Assembly: GCA_976551045.1 (NCBI GenBank)
Contig: CDPCPM010000239.1
Span: 2,418,001 to 2,482,000, forward strand
DNA length: 64,000 nt
Direction: 5' to 3'
From: Glaucostegus cemiculus
Lineage: Eukaryota
Part shown: positions 40,140 to 52,910 of the stretch, piece after piece
Layout of the letters: every line of letters starts with the position of its first letter
How positions within the stretch are numbered: the stretch's first letter is position 1
Position numbers and translations under genes: made by a program
The notes under the pieces: generated by a model
What the model saw: the letters and a program-made list of their open reading frames with translations, nothing else
Databases searched by the model: none
Told to the model about the DNA's origin: nothing

Positions 40140-40390
40140 AATTGTACAATGGCTGCAAGTCCTCTTTTGGACAATTGTCCAAGCTGGTCCACCCTCTCAG
40201 TGGTTGTTCTATACCCATATTGCTTATTTATATGTTATAACTATGTAAATGATTCTCAGTGTTAGTAATTTTTAAAAATGTGTTATTTATAGCATATAGA
40301 TAAGCAATATGGGTATAGAACAACCACTGAGAGGGTGGACCAGCTTGGACAATTGTCCAAAAGAGGACTTGCAGCCATCGTACAACTGCA
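40137..40390. repeat. Near-perfect inverted repeat: 104-bp arms, 46-bp spacer
   Basis: 40137-40240 is the reverse complement of 40287-40390 with 4 mismatches. Confidence 0.95.
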
Positions 40391-41254
40391 GGTTTGAATT
40401 GTCAATAGACTAAGTCTGTTTCAACTAGCAACATCAGATTGTTATCCCTGCTGTTCTCAAAAGACTGATTTTAGTTGAGCTACATGGGGCTTGTATTTAC
40501 ATTGTCAACATCATAGCCATTATAGGAAGTAAGTCATCGGATATCAAATCAGTGAGCAGGTATGGTGAAGTAGTTGAAGTCTGTAGTCCAAAATAGGACT
40601 GAATTCATTTTGGAAGTAATATCAGAAATGTCTGTATATGTCAAATAAAGTTTGATAGACTCTGACATTTCTGTATATCAAATGATGTTTGATGATGAAT
40701 GTGTCAATATAGAATTGTCACGGAAAGCAGTGAATTTAAGATAAAAGATAGAAAGTTCTTTGGTTTAGTGATTCTGAGTGTTAGTAATTTTTAAAAATAT
40801 TTTTATTGTTGTGTGACCTGAGATTTACTGAAGACTTGCGAATGCCAAAGTGATTCTATGAGTGTAGCTGACTGCCTGCACTGAGAAAGACCTGATGTTA
40901 TGCTGAGCAGTGCCAAAATACTGGAGTTGGGGACGTGCTGGAACCAACAGCCTAGCATGGGGCTGGTAGAATGCAATTCTGCCACAAGAGAATCTCTGTC
41001 ACTTTATTGTGGTTGGAGTTTTCCAGCACTCCTAGCATTGTCCAAGGTCCACTTTAAAAATACATCACAACTAGTTCCTTAGTTTCCAGATCATTCCAGC
41101 CAGTGATATGTGTCATAATTGCAGCATGCCACTGCATTTGAGACTCTCAAATGCTTGCTTTGAATTTACAATATCAGGCAGCACAGGCACATGGATTTTC
41201 CCAGAATGCAGGATTCCTGAATAATAGATTTTCCCAATAGGGAAAATGCTGGAA

Positions 41255-42480
41255 TCAGTAATGAAGTATGTAATAACAGAACACTTTGAAAAGAATATTA
41301 GGGTCAGAAGGGACTTGTGAAAGGAAAATTATGATCAACTAATCTAACAGAATCCTTTGAGGATGTTGATAGAAGAATAAGTAAGGGGAAAGGGTGTGGT
41401 GTATTTGGATTTTTGGAAGCCTTTCAATAAGACCCATGAGGAAGATTTTCCGCATATTGGAGCGCACGGACTTGGGGGTTGTATGGATTGAAAATTGGTT
41501 ATTGGACAGAAAGCAAAAAATGTGAGTAGATGCATCTTTCTCAGGTTGGCCCGCTGTAACTAGTGGGTACCAGAGGGATCGATGCTTGAGACCCAACTAT
41601 GAAGATCTATATCAATGAATTGGCTGAGGGAACTAAGTGCCATATTTCCAGGTTTGCTGATGGAATTGAGTAGAGAGGAGAATGTTTAAAGAAAAACATG
41701 GCAGATGAAATACAATCTGGAGATATCTGAAATTGTCTACTTTGGTGCACAAAGAGAAAAGCAGAACTTTTTTTGAACTGGTGAGAGATTGGGTAATGTT
41801 GATGTTCAAAGGGACAGAGGTATCTTTGTACAAAGCTCACTGAAAGCCAACATGAATTTGCAGTAGGAGACCTAGGAAAGCAAATGGTGTGTTGGTCTTT
41901 ACTGTCTGAGGATTGGGCACATGAGTAAAGATGATGTACTACAATTATACTGGGCCTTGATGAGACCACTCTTGGAGCATTGTAGATAGTTTTGCGTCCT
42001 TACCTTGCTAGAGAGGGAGTGCAGCAAAGATTCACTGGTTACAAGAATGGAATGTTTGGTGTATGAGGGGAGATTGATTAGACTAGGCCAAAACTAGAGC
42101 TTGGAAGAATGGTAGGAGATCTCATTGAAACTTAAATTCTTGTAGGTCTTGAAAGGTTGGATGCAAAGAGAATGTCTCACTTGACAGAGGACATTACAAC
42201 CAAAAGTGACAGTGTCAGAACAAGAGGCAGGCCATTAGGACTGAACTGAGGGGAAATTTCTTCACAGAGAGTGTGATGAATCTTTGGAATTGCCTCCCAT
42301 GAAAGCTCAGTCACTAATGTCATTCAAAGCAGAGTGATAGATGCCTGGATATTAAAGGAATCAAGGTATGTGAGGATAGTGCAGGAAAACGGTGCTGAGG
42401 TATAAAATCAACCATGTCTGGAGGAATTGTCAAGCAGGCTCAAAGGGCCTAATGACCTACACCTGCTCCTACTTATGTTC
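41255..42480 (+). mobile_element. CR1 LINE, RT to 3' end
   Basis: VTSGYQRDRCL (degenerate VTSGVPQGSVL), INELAEG, SRFAD and GLDETT (ALVRP) remnants; CR1 3' end caggctcaaagggcctaatgacctacacctgctcct. Confidence 0.88.
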
Positions 42481-42934
42481 TCTTCAGAATTTTATATTCC
42501 TTGTGGCTCCATTTGAAGTTAACTAACAAAGTAGGACCTAATTTTGATGAGATCTAATTCCATATGTGAAAACTCTGATGAAAATTAAATGGAGAATAAT
42601 CAGACTTTTAAATATAATGCATTTGCTTCAGTTTGAAAATAATGTGTCAGTGTCCAGTAATTCATATGTAGGGACAAGTGAGGCTGTTAATAACTTGGTT
42701 CTGTTATACATTTGAATCGCATATCAGTTTTTTCAGAAATAATCATCATGAACAAAGAAATGAAATTTTTGTTAGAAATCCCCCCCTCCCCCCCTCCCCA
42801 CCCCCCAAACATACTCCAAGACAAAACCTTCATGTTACCTGGTAATTCTAGATTTTGCAGCTTTGACATTTTTTTAAACAAAACTTGTTTCAAATTATTC
42901 TTACCAATCAATCTGCTATCCAAAGCAAATGTTT

Positions 42935-43001
42935 CTATTCCTCCACAGGAACAGTTGAGTGGTTCTCTTTGTTTCCAGAGGGTATCGCCAGATAGTCTGC
43001 T
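42935..43001 (-). CDS. SCN3B: SCN3B last coding exon (cytoplasmic tail)
   Basis: Acceptor atgtttacag. Encodes (A)ADYLAIPSGNKENHSTVPVEE-TAG, versus human SDYLAIPSENKENSAVPVEE. The exon appears to continue to a G|gtaag donor after 42905. Confidence 0.96.
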
Positions 43002-44539
43002 CTGTAAACATAATTGGATTGGAAATCAATTTGAGTGTTCAAAATGTCATATAAATTTCATTGTGACTGCCTTAGACCTAGTCTCCTAAAGACAAGCAAA
43101 ACCATTTTCTGTTATTACCCAGTAATCTCCATGAAATACTCATCCTTGCTATTTTATTTGATGTAATTTCAAAAGGGCTTAGAATTATTAAATCATTAAT
43201 AAGAAAAATAATCAACTGTGATATTGCACAAAATACAGCAAGAACTAAGTAAGAATGTAAAATAATTGTACATATTTAATTATTTTAAGTATCCCTGATG
43301 TAGAAGTTCAAGCAGAGCCAAAGAATCACTGGAACCTATCCATGTGATTGAATAATTAGAACAAAGGTGCATGTAATATTGGAACTTGGAACTTGAAACT
43401 AGTTTTATCATGGATCCTGTGAACAGCAATCTTAGGGTGGGCCAATGCAATGATACAGTTGTTCTCATGTTATTCCTTATAGGGGACCAGAAAGGAGGAA
43501 AGTCAGGTCAGGGATGTTTTTGTTTGTTTACATTCAACTCGATCAAGAATGGAAGGAGCAGTTTCAATTAGGGTTAAGCCATCTTTTCTTGCATATATAC
43601 AGGAATGGATCCCAGATGCTGAATTACTGATGCATTCTGGCTTTATGTGAATGTGCCTGCCATTGGGGGGGTCAAGTGAAATAGAGGGATTGTGCCCCAC
43701 AATCTGATTGCTGGTTCTGGAACCCCTTAAACTGCTGGGTTTTATGTAGAATACTGTTTTCAAACCTCAGAGCTGTGAAACTTGCTTAGGGATCATTTTT
43801 AGCTACATCAAAATATTAAGTAGCTGAAAGCAATCTCTTAAACTGTTGATTAGAAAGCTGGACATCTCACAAATTGGTTGCTTTGCCAGTTACTCCACCT
43901 GTGCATTTTCATTACACTGACGTGGCTGTAAATCAGGTTTAATATACACAAGTAGGCTGAACCTCCATTCTCACTCTTTCATCAATGAGATTATACAAAG
44001 TATTTCAAATGCCAACTGTTAAACTCATTTTTGTTGGGATTAATTCATTTTTTACTGGAGAAAGGTGAATTTTTTACATTACTGGGCTCAACACAAAAAT
44101 AGCTTATAATTAACACGTGTTAAAAAGCACTGACTATTTGCATTCTTTCACAGAAGATTGTAATAATAGCTCCTTCTTTGAGATTCAAAAAACACAGGGG
44201 AGACTTAATTTAGTTGGAGATACTGCTGGGTATTGAAATGCCTAAATTTCAATTCTCATCAAGTTTAGCTGTTAAAATGAAGTGAACAAATGTGGACTGA
44301 CAATATTTTAGCATCCACACACGGGTTTGCTAGAAGTAATGACAGTGAAATTAAGAGCGAGAAATTCATCCCCACTCAGAAGAACCATTGGGAGGTTAGT
44401 ATAATTACTGATAATGAAGCAGTTGCATGTTTACTCTTGCCCCTAAAATGTGTTTTTATTGACTGCAATGGAACTGAAGTTCTGAAGCATTTCATAACAT
44501 TATTATATTGGCTTTTCTTTTTGGGCATTTACTGTGAAT

Positions 44540-45035
44540 CAATGACTTGCTTTCACTTGGGTTTTGTGGGCTCTGAGGTGGCTGATAAACCATTGTGGGA
44601 TCTGTAGACTCCACCCCAGGTGGGTCAGGAAAGGCTTGATAAGGCAGACAGAAGAGTAGGTTGAGAGGTGATAGACCCCTTCTGCTACTGAGCTTCTGTG
44701 GCCTCCCAGTGAATTGACTCAAAATTCCTAATGCCAACCTGAATACTCTGAGCAGTTGTGGGCCTGGTATTCTCATGAGTTGGTGGGAATGTTATACCTT
44801 TTCAAGGAGGCTCTGGGAACATTCTTTAATCCTTTTCCCTGTCCACTTGGTAATCTTATGCGATAACAGGGCTCAGAATAGAATATCCATTCTGGTGTTG
44901 GGCATGCAAACAATGTAGCCTGCCAATGGAGCTAAACAAGTATAATTAGGGCCTCAAAGCAATTGCCATTGACCTGGGAGAGGACGCTTACTGTTTATCC
45001 TACCAACAGATTTAGAGGATTTTGCAGAGGCACCA
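44540..45035 (-). mobile_element. RTE-clade LINE 3' fragment
   Basis: Minus strand shows CLCKIL...SVLSQ...EALI...LHW.GYIVCMPNTR...RLPSGQ, resembling the RTE C-terminal LRWAGHVVRMPDTRLPK region. Confidence 0.75.
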
Positions 45036-45180
45036 TTACTGACTGCAGGTGAATTTCTACTGCAATAAATCCTCAGTTTTCCATTTGCATTTATCAGATA
45101 TTATGAGAGTAATATTAAATCCTCTTGGCAATGCCTCAGCAATATTAGGCCCAAACAAATACACAATGTCTTCTTACTTA

Positions 45181-45345
<165 letters not shown>

Positions 45346-47402
45346 TTAGCTTCTGGAAAGATCAAATTATTTGAAATCTTCTCTCCTATATCTAGCTGAA
45401 CTTTCCTTGGAATCTAATGTCATTTTCTCAGAGGCCTATTTTCTTATTTTCCCTCCTGGAACAACAACTGTTCAAGATGACTTTGAAATGCAGTCAGATC
45501 CATTGCCATAGGGTGCAGTTCACAAGCCTCATTTCTAAATATTTAGTCAGAAATATGTCTGCAGCTGCTATTTTCAGGCTGAGAGGTGAAGTTGAAAACA
45601 AGTTAGCCCAGAATTTGCAGATGTGATGATGGTGAATTCATAATTATGACACTAAAACTGACAGCACCTTCTGGTATCTGAATGTGTGAAATGAGACACA
45701 GAAATCCAAAAGCCATTGCTAAGTGATACCATTCTCCTCCAGAGGGAGCACTGTTGCAGATTGTATAGCTATAATCATAGCATCAGTAAATTTTGTAAAC
45801 TTTAATTTTCCATTCACAAATCTCAATGTGAAAGCCATTTAAAGTTTGAGCCTTGTTGAATGAACTATAAATGAATTTTTAATGGTGTAATGAAATACAA
45901 TTAATGCTGAACAACTTGTCTGGCTCTGAAAATGGTTTTTTTTTGTGCATGGATTGTCATTTCTCTGGAATAGCTACAAATATTACCATTTAAAAAGTTT
46001 GTTTGATATTTTGCCTTCTATTTCATCCTATGTGTATGTCCCAACCTTAATTCATGTTTTAATAAAGTAAAATTAAAACATTAAGTAACTTTTCCTTAGT
46101 CATGAGATTACTGGAGCCAAATGTAGCCCACAATTGCTGAGGTTCTCTTAAATTTTGTTGGAGGTGACTGTTTTCTCATTTCTGTCACATGTCTAGTGTC
46201 ATTAATGTATATTTTGCAGGGTTCAAAAACCTTGTACGTTGGAAGATTCTGCCTTGAAGGAGGAGTCAAACCATCCAATGAAATATATTGCACATACTCC
46301 ACTGCCTCTGAGGTGCTTAGACCTAAGCTGCCTTTTGGGGCAATACTACTTTGACAGTTGCTTTGTTGTCACAAGTCCTTTTATTCTGATTATTATTTCT
46401 TTGTTTACTGACTTCTGCAAAACTTCACTCTAATTATTAATATCCTGTAACTGTTATTTTCTTCATAGCTTTTCCTTTATTAAAATGTAAAAAAATAATA
46501 AATTGAGTTTTACACCTATATTTCTGAAACTGTCCATGTGAATTGGATGAGTATGATATGCACATATGGGTTAACATAACATCTTACAATGGTGACTAAG
46601 AATGCTGAACTAAAGTTCAAATGGCAATAAATATTATGCTCTTCATAAATTAACAGTAAACTATTTTCTGTATACTCTAGAAATTTTATTAGAATATATT
46701 GAAATTCAATATGTAGAATAAAAAATAATTCACTTAATTTGGTTATAATTGCTGTAATCAAATGAAAGACTAAATGTAATCTTTTCTGTTTCCATATAAC
46801 CCTTGCTTTTCTAACATGATAAACAGTAGTTACATCATCACATTTGTAGTTATGACTTTCTTCCCATGTTTTATCTCTTCCTGTGAGGGTGCTGTTCCTG
46901 TTAAAGAACTAGTCATTGACATTGCCCTTTCATGAAAGAGGAGCTTTGTGTGCTTGGACACACGTCAGGAGGTTTTTCCATGGAACAGGGAATGAATCTC
47001 TGGGTTGCAATCTAAAGGATCTTGTTTTATTTCTGTCCTTCCTTGCCCCACGGGAGTTCAGCAGCCAGCTGCTACCTGAACTGAAACTAGCTAAATCTAG
47101 ACAGGCTACGAATTGCTTTGTATGTCTCATGTCTTGAAGACTGAATGTTAACTTGTATGTGAATATTAAAGTTAAAATGAATATTTAACACTGACGCTTA
47201 ACAATTCAAATGGTAGTATTATGCATTCATCAGTTCTATTAGAGCCTTTGAGTCAGTTTGGCTTTGTGGAGTATTCTGCAAAACCTTTGTCCATGAAGGA
47301 GTGTTCAAAATGTTGGTACCTTTCAAAAGCTGAACAGTATTAACCATCAGTGCTGTGAACTAAATTCTGCAATTCTCAGCACACAGAACTTAATTTCCTC
47401 AC

Positions 47403-47628
47403 CGTCTTCATGTACTGTTAGCTGAACCTCTTTCACATCTGTCACAGAAGGTCTGTGTATCTCATAATTAAAATACCGTTTGATCGTGCACCGGTACAAA
47501 CCGCTGTCGTTAAGTGTAACATTCACTATGGTTATGGATACATCTTGCAGATCTTTACTTCCATTCCACAGAATTCTGCCCTGATAAGGTCCTTTTAGCT
47601 CTCGTGGCTCTCCGTTGTACTCATAAAT
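47403..47628 (-). CDS. SCN3B: SCN3B exon, Ig V domain C-terminal half (226 nt)
   Basis: Acceptor tctttgtgacag, donor G|gtgagg. Encodes IYEYNGEPRELKGPYQGRILWNGSKDLQDVSITIVNVTLNDSGLYRCTIKRYFNYEIHRPSVTDVKEVQLTVHED. Confidence 0.97.
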
Positions 47629-49089
47629 CTGTCACAAAGACACAGATTTCATCATCGATGAATTGCTAAAATGCCAACTTTATATGTCAGTTTATTTCCC
47701 CCTAACCTCTTGAACTTGACACGCTAAATTTTGCTGAGAAGCAACCAAGTGTATCCTCTTGGTGCCTTACACATATATCAAACAAAACAGTGAGTTTTCA
47801 CAGACCCTAAAGAGGAATCCAAGCTAACGCTGGCACTGTCTCCACCAACATGCTCCTTCCACAATGGAATACCCTTTAGTCGTGGGCTTCAGAGGTGGGC
47901 TGATTTTTTTTTCCTTTCCTTAGCATAGGGGTACTGAGGTCAATTCTGACACTAAAGCTTTCAATCCAGTGAGACTAACCAGTTGACCATAAACCTACCA
48001 TCAAATGCGGAATCTTCATGGGATCTGTACAGTTCAATTCTAAGCTCAGATAATCTATTCAATTGGGAAGCAACTGGATTGCTTTCACCATAAAATGGTA
48101 CAAACTCTAACTTATTAAAAATATCTAAAGGCTAAATATCCCTGGAGATCTAAACAGAGAAATAAGAACAACTGGACATTACTAGATTCCCCACATAAAG
48201 CTATGAATAAATTAAAGCCGTTTAAGATATGCCAAAAGTAAAACCTATGGTACAATTGTCATTGTGTGTTAGTGTGCACACTGGTCTGTAATAATATCTA
48301 TTAGTTGGAGGCTAGGCATGGAATTGTGAGGAAAATATCATTTCATTTGAAACTTGATTCCACCTGGTGGGATGAAAATACTGCCTCCTTAATTTTGCAC
48401 TGACTGCCAGTAAATTGATCCGGTATACGTGGAGACTAAATACTTAATCAGCACCATAATTAACTAGGGAGTATTTCATTCTAACACTGGTTATAAAGTG
48501 GTAACCATAGGAACCCATGTTGGGCATAGATTCCACACTCCACTAGTATTGCATACTCATTGTGCAATGTATACAGAAACAGGTGAATTATATTGTAGCT
48601 GTTAATTCAAAATCTATTTCTACTGCATCTTATTGAATATATTTTGACCAGAATGCTCACTGCCCAGATCTTATGGAGAATTTGTACTAAGATGTTGAAA
48701 TATCAGTCAGGCAGATTATATTTTACTGAAAAGGGCCTTGATCATTACACAGTACGTCAGACTAATTGTACTAGGAATCTACTTGACTTCCATAATCTAA
48801 TATCATCTTTAACTGATATTTTATATTTTAAAATGTTAATATTTGCATTGTGTTTTTGGGATCTTCCATTTGATTTTGCAAGTATTTTTTTTATTTTCTT
48901 TGATTTCCAGCAAGTTGTTTGACAATGAGGATGACATATTTGAACATTTTCTTGATATTTTCCTTATTCTATTTTCCAACCAGGGATAAGAAATCTTGGT
49001 GACCTATTTCCTCCCCATTTCAGAGATGTTGAAAATGCTCCCCTCAGTAGGTAACACTGAAGTGTGCAATAGGATGATGTTATAGTAAG

Positions 49090-49361
49090 ACATTGTCAAG
49101 CTGGAGAGGATTTAAAAGAGACCCAAGAGGTAACTTTACATAGAGGGTGGTGAGTGCCTGGAATGAGCTGCCAGAGGAAGTGGTTGAGGGAGGCTATAAT
49201 TACAACTTTTAAGGGACATTTGGTTAGGTACATGGAGGGGAGTGGCTCATAGGGTTATGGGCCAAATGTGGGCAACTGGAACTAGCAGGAGGATGCTGTG
49301 GTTGGCACAGACTAGTTGGGCCGAAGGGCCTGTTTCAGTGCTGTGTTACTCTATGACTCTT
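49090..49361 (+). mobile_element. CR1 3' end
   Basis: agagggtggtgagtgcctggaatgagctgccagaggaagtgg...ggccgaagggcctgtttcagtgctgtgttactctatgactct. Confidence 0.88.
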
Positions 49362-49625
49362 TCTTGAGACAGAATTTTGGAGGCAATATTAAAGTTAGTG
49401 GAGCTGAATTTTGAAAGCAGAGCTCAGCAAGCAACAGCTATTAAATTGCATGTTTATGATTTGCTAACAAAAAGGATGAAATTCTGATTGAAAAGTTATC
49501 AAAAACATTAACTTTTTTCTTTCTCCACAATTCCTGCCTAACCTGATGAGTATTTTTTAGTATTTTGTTTTTACTTCATATTTATGGCATCTGCAGTTTT
49601 TTGTGCTTTGGCGAACCTATCTGTG

Positions 49626-50031
49626 TAAACAAAAACCGAATGCTAGAACTTGGCAGGTCAAGCAGCATCTGTGGAAGCAAAAGGTGGAAGTCAACATTTT
49701 GGGTCAAGACCCTACATAGGACTGAGAGGGAACAGGAACTGTTGCCAGATAAGCAGTAATAGGGAGGAGTTGGGATAGGCTGGTTGGTGATAGGTAGAAT
49801 CAGATGGGGAGAGGATGATGAGCAGATGGGACTAGGTGGTAGAGAAGGGGGTTGGGACAGAGGCTGCTCTTTACTGGCAATTTTTCTTGTTTTCTCTCAG
49901 TCCTGAAATAGTCTCGACCTGAAATGTTGACTTGCATATTTTGCCTCCACAGATACTGCTTGACCCATTGAGTTCTTCCAACATTCTGTTTTTGTTCCAC
50001 ATTCAAGCATCTGCAATTTTTTTTCCCTTCA
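49626..50031. mobile_element. Fold-back non-autonomous Penelope-terminus element
   Basis: Inverted ~130-bp arms, each with a degenerate hammerhead; possible 7-bp TSD ATCTGTG at 49619-49625 and 50032-50038. Confidence 0.7.
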
Positions 50032-50091
50032 ATCTGTGAGAGAGAGGTCGGTTAAATGCCAATACTACAGATGCAACTAATTCATCTTAAA

Positions 50092-50306
50092 TAACAATGC
50101 CTTGAATTTACACACTACCTTTAACACAATAAAACATCCACAATGTTTCACAGGAGGATTCACAAAAAATTAACACCAAGTCATATGAGATAAAGGAATA
50201 TGACCAAATAAACAGATGCAAGTTTTATGGAGCACCTTAAAGGAAGAACTATAGGTAAGGAGATGGAGAAGTTTGGGTAGGAGTTCCAGACAGTTAGGGC
50301 TAGACT
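50092..50306 (-). mobile_element. L2 LINE 3' end (degenerate)
   Basis: By-eye similarity to a reversed L2 terminus (ttgaatttacacactacctttaacacaataaaacatcc...ggagttccagacagttagggc). Confidence 0.55.
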
Positions 50307-51296
50307 GGGTACTCATCAACCACCAGAGGAATTTGTTTAAAACCAAGGGTTTTTTAAGAGTAATTTTCCTTTTTTTTTCCTTTGGAATTCTTTACCTTCT
50401 GGAAATAATATTTGCATATTTTTTATACTTCTTTAATAGTACAAAGTCAGAGACATTATGACTAGGTGCAACATTATCCCCACTCAATGCTATCCACCCA
50501 ATATTAATATTGAATAATTATTATTGGATTAAGTTGTGCTTGCTGATGACAGCAAAGTATTCCTCCCATTAATTTGGTTCAGTTGACAAAAACTATTATT
50601 AAGGATGTAATAAAACAATGTGATATTAAAATACCTTCTACTTTTGAGGATTGCAGTCCTCAAATAACATAATGTGTAATTGTTTATTTGAACAGAGTAT
50701 AACTACACTTCATTATGTTAAGGATTGCACAGGTGATGGTGACAATGGCAATTTGGTGTGAAGCCCTGAATTTTTGTGGCAGACATGTGATAATGAACCA
50801 ACAAAAGGGTCATGTCCGTTTCAGTGTTTTGTCTGTTTAGTTTGTTAAAACCGTAGCATATAGTTTTAGTAAAAATGTGCATCAATCTATCCTAAATCAA
50901 AAGTGACTGAAAGACATTTCCAAATGTTATAAAAATACTGATATGTCTGTGCTAAAACACATTTATCATTCTGTTTTTAGTTGGCATTCTGCAATTGTTC
51001 TCATTAATGTATCAATCTAATTACTAATCTGGGTTGATTTATTTTCAATGTGGAAAGAATTGATAAGAAATGGCATGCCTTCAATATTTTAACCTGAGCT
51101 GATCTATTGAGTTTACTGCAATCTTTAAGAAGACTCTTTCCAAAGATTAACCTAAGCAGTGTGAACAGAATCTTTGCATTAGACCATTGTTTAACTTTAC
51201 CTATAAATATCAACCTGCACATTTAACAGAGGTCTATTTTAATTGGTGAATTAACTATTTAACTTCTGCATTTTATATTTTTAAGTAGAGACATAC

Positions 51297-51460
51297 TGAG
51301 ATCTCTTCTCCATCATTGTTGATGTAGGTCCATTCAACCATGGTGTCTGTATTCACTTCTTCTCTCTTCACACAGGAAATGCAAGTGAGTTTCATATTGG
51401 TTCCATGTAGGGCTTCAGTATCTGAAGGAACTTCTACACAGACTAACTGGCAGTAGCGCA
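51297..51460 (-). CDS. SCN3B: SCN3B exon, Ig V domain N-terminal half (164 nt)
   Basis: Acceptor tctctaacag, donor gtatgt. Encodes RYCQLVCVEVPSDTEALHGTNMKLTCISCVKREEVNTDTMVEWTYINNDGEEIS, matching human VCVEVPSETEAVQGNPMKLRCISCMKREEV. Confidence 0.97.
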
Positions 51461-52389
51461 CTGTTAGAGAAAGAAGCAGAAATCAATCTAAATTCACCCC
51501 AAGATAGCATCTTCTCATTACTGAGGCTACACTATTATAGGAAATCAAATTCTGCTTCCTTTGGCTGATGGTGTTCCACAAACCCAGTCTGAATTCAGCA
51601 ATCTTTGTTGCACCACACTGTCATATCATTTTTCATCATCATGGTTTTTGTGATATACATTGTGCATAAATGCATTTTTGAATCAGTGTTTTTAGAGGAG
51701 AAATGGAAAAGGTTCACTTTAAATGTTCAAATAAAAGTTAAAATATTTAAATTAACATTTTAAATATTTTGTTATGTGGTATGTTACCTCTTTATCCACC
51801 TTAGCACTGAAAGAATGCATTAAGCAAAAACGAATTCAATTTTCTCATTTCAGTAACCAGTTAGCATGTTTATTTTGTCAGAAGCAGTTGATGGGTATTA
51901 CTTTTCGATGGCATGACACAGATTTTTCCTTTGTTTGAACTCAACCCATTATTATCACCAATAATATATTTTAGAATCATAAAACAACATGATGGACGTG
52001 AATAAGAGAAATCTGTTGACTCACTTCGAGCACACCCACCCATTATAAACTTGGAATCTCAATTACCCTATACAGAAGTCTTCATCTTCTGAACTTGCTG
52101 TCATTTACTAAACTTTTCTCATTTTTAATCTTGGGGTGGGGGGGTTCTCTCTAGGCATGTCCTGTTCTCTGGCACTAGGTAGGTACAGCCTGATTTTCCT
52201 GGTGCCTCTTTATACTCTCTTCTACATAATTTGTGTGTGTGGCCTGAGACCACCTTCATCTTTAACAGAATAATACTTGGACTCTGTTCTGGAGGTCCCT
52301 GATGGTCCACCTCTACTCAGGTGGGAATAACTCTGGACAGAAATGTGTCATCCATCCATAGGATGGAGCAGTGGTATGATGACAAAAGG

Positions 52390-52910
52390 GGCTGCAGATG
52401 CTGGAACAAAAGTCAGGGTGCTGTAAGAACTCAGCCGGTCGACATATCGGGTCGAGAACCTGCATCAGTACTGAAAGGGAAGAGGAGAGGTTGCCAGTAT
52501 ATAGCAGTAAGAGGGAGGGGTGGGACAGAGGCTGGTAGGTGAGAGGTGGAACCAGATGGGGAGGGGTGATATATATTTTAGAAGGAGAAGCCAAATTGCA
52601 AATTGGAAGAACAATATCTCATTTTCTGCTTGGGTAGTTTACAACATTGAAATTTCTGAGTTTAAGATAACCCACACTCTGTGTTCTTCTCCCACACATT
52701 CACCTGTCCACCTAGTTTTCCTCTCCCTTTGCTCACCTTTCCCATCCCCTCCACATCTACCATTTGGTTCCACCCATCAGCCTCTTTCCCCATCCCTCCC
52801 TTATGATGGCAATCTTTCCTCTTCCCTCTCAGTCCTGATATAGGGTCTTGACCTGAGACTTGTACCTTTTTGCCTTCACAGATGCTGAGTTCTTTCAGCA
52901 TCTGATTTTG
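52390..52910. mobile_element. Fold-back Penelope-terminus element
   Basis: 52390-52565 and ~52750-52910 are inverted copies, each with a degenerate hammerhead; a GIY-YIG C-terminal remnant (KLEEQYLIF..G) lies between them. Confidence 0.75.

Larger units (their letters stand above)
36573..42904 (-). other. SCN3B: Putative SCN3B 3'UTR intron; terminal non-coding exon would begin at 36572
   Basis: Donor G|gtaaga 30 nt after the stop. Strong acceptor ttaacttttgtctttttctttcag at 36573-36596; its pairing with this donor is inferred. Confidence 0.55.
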
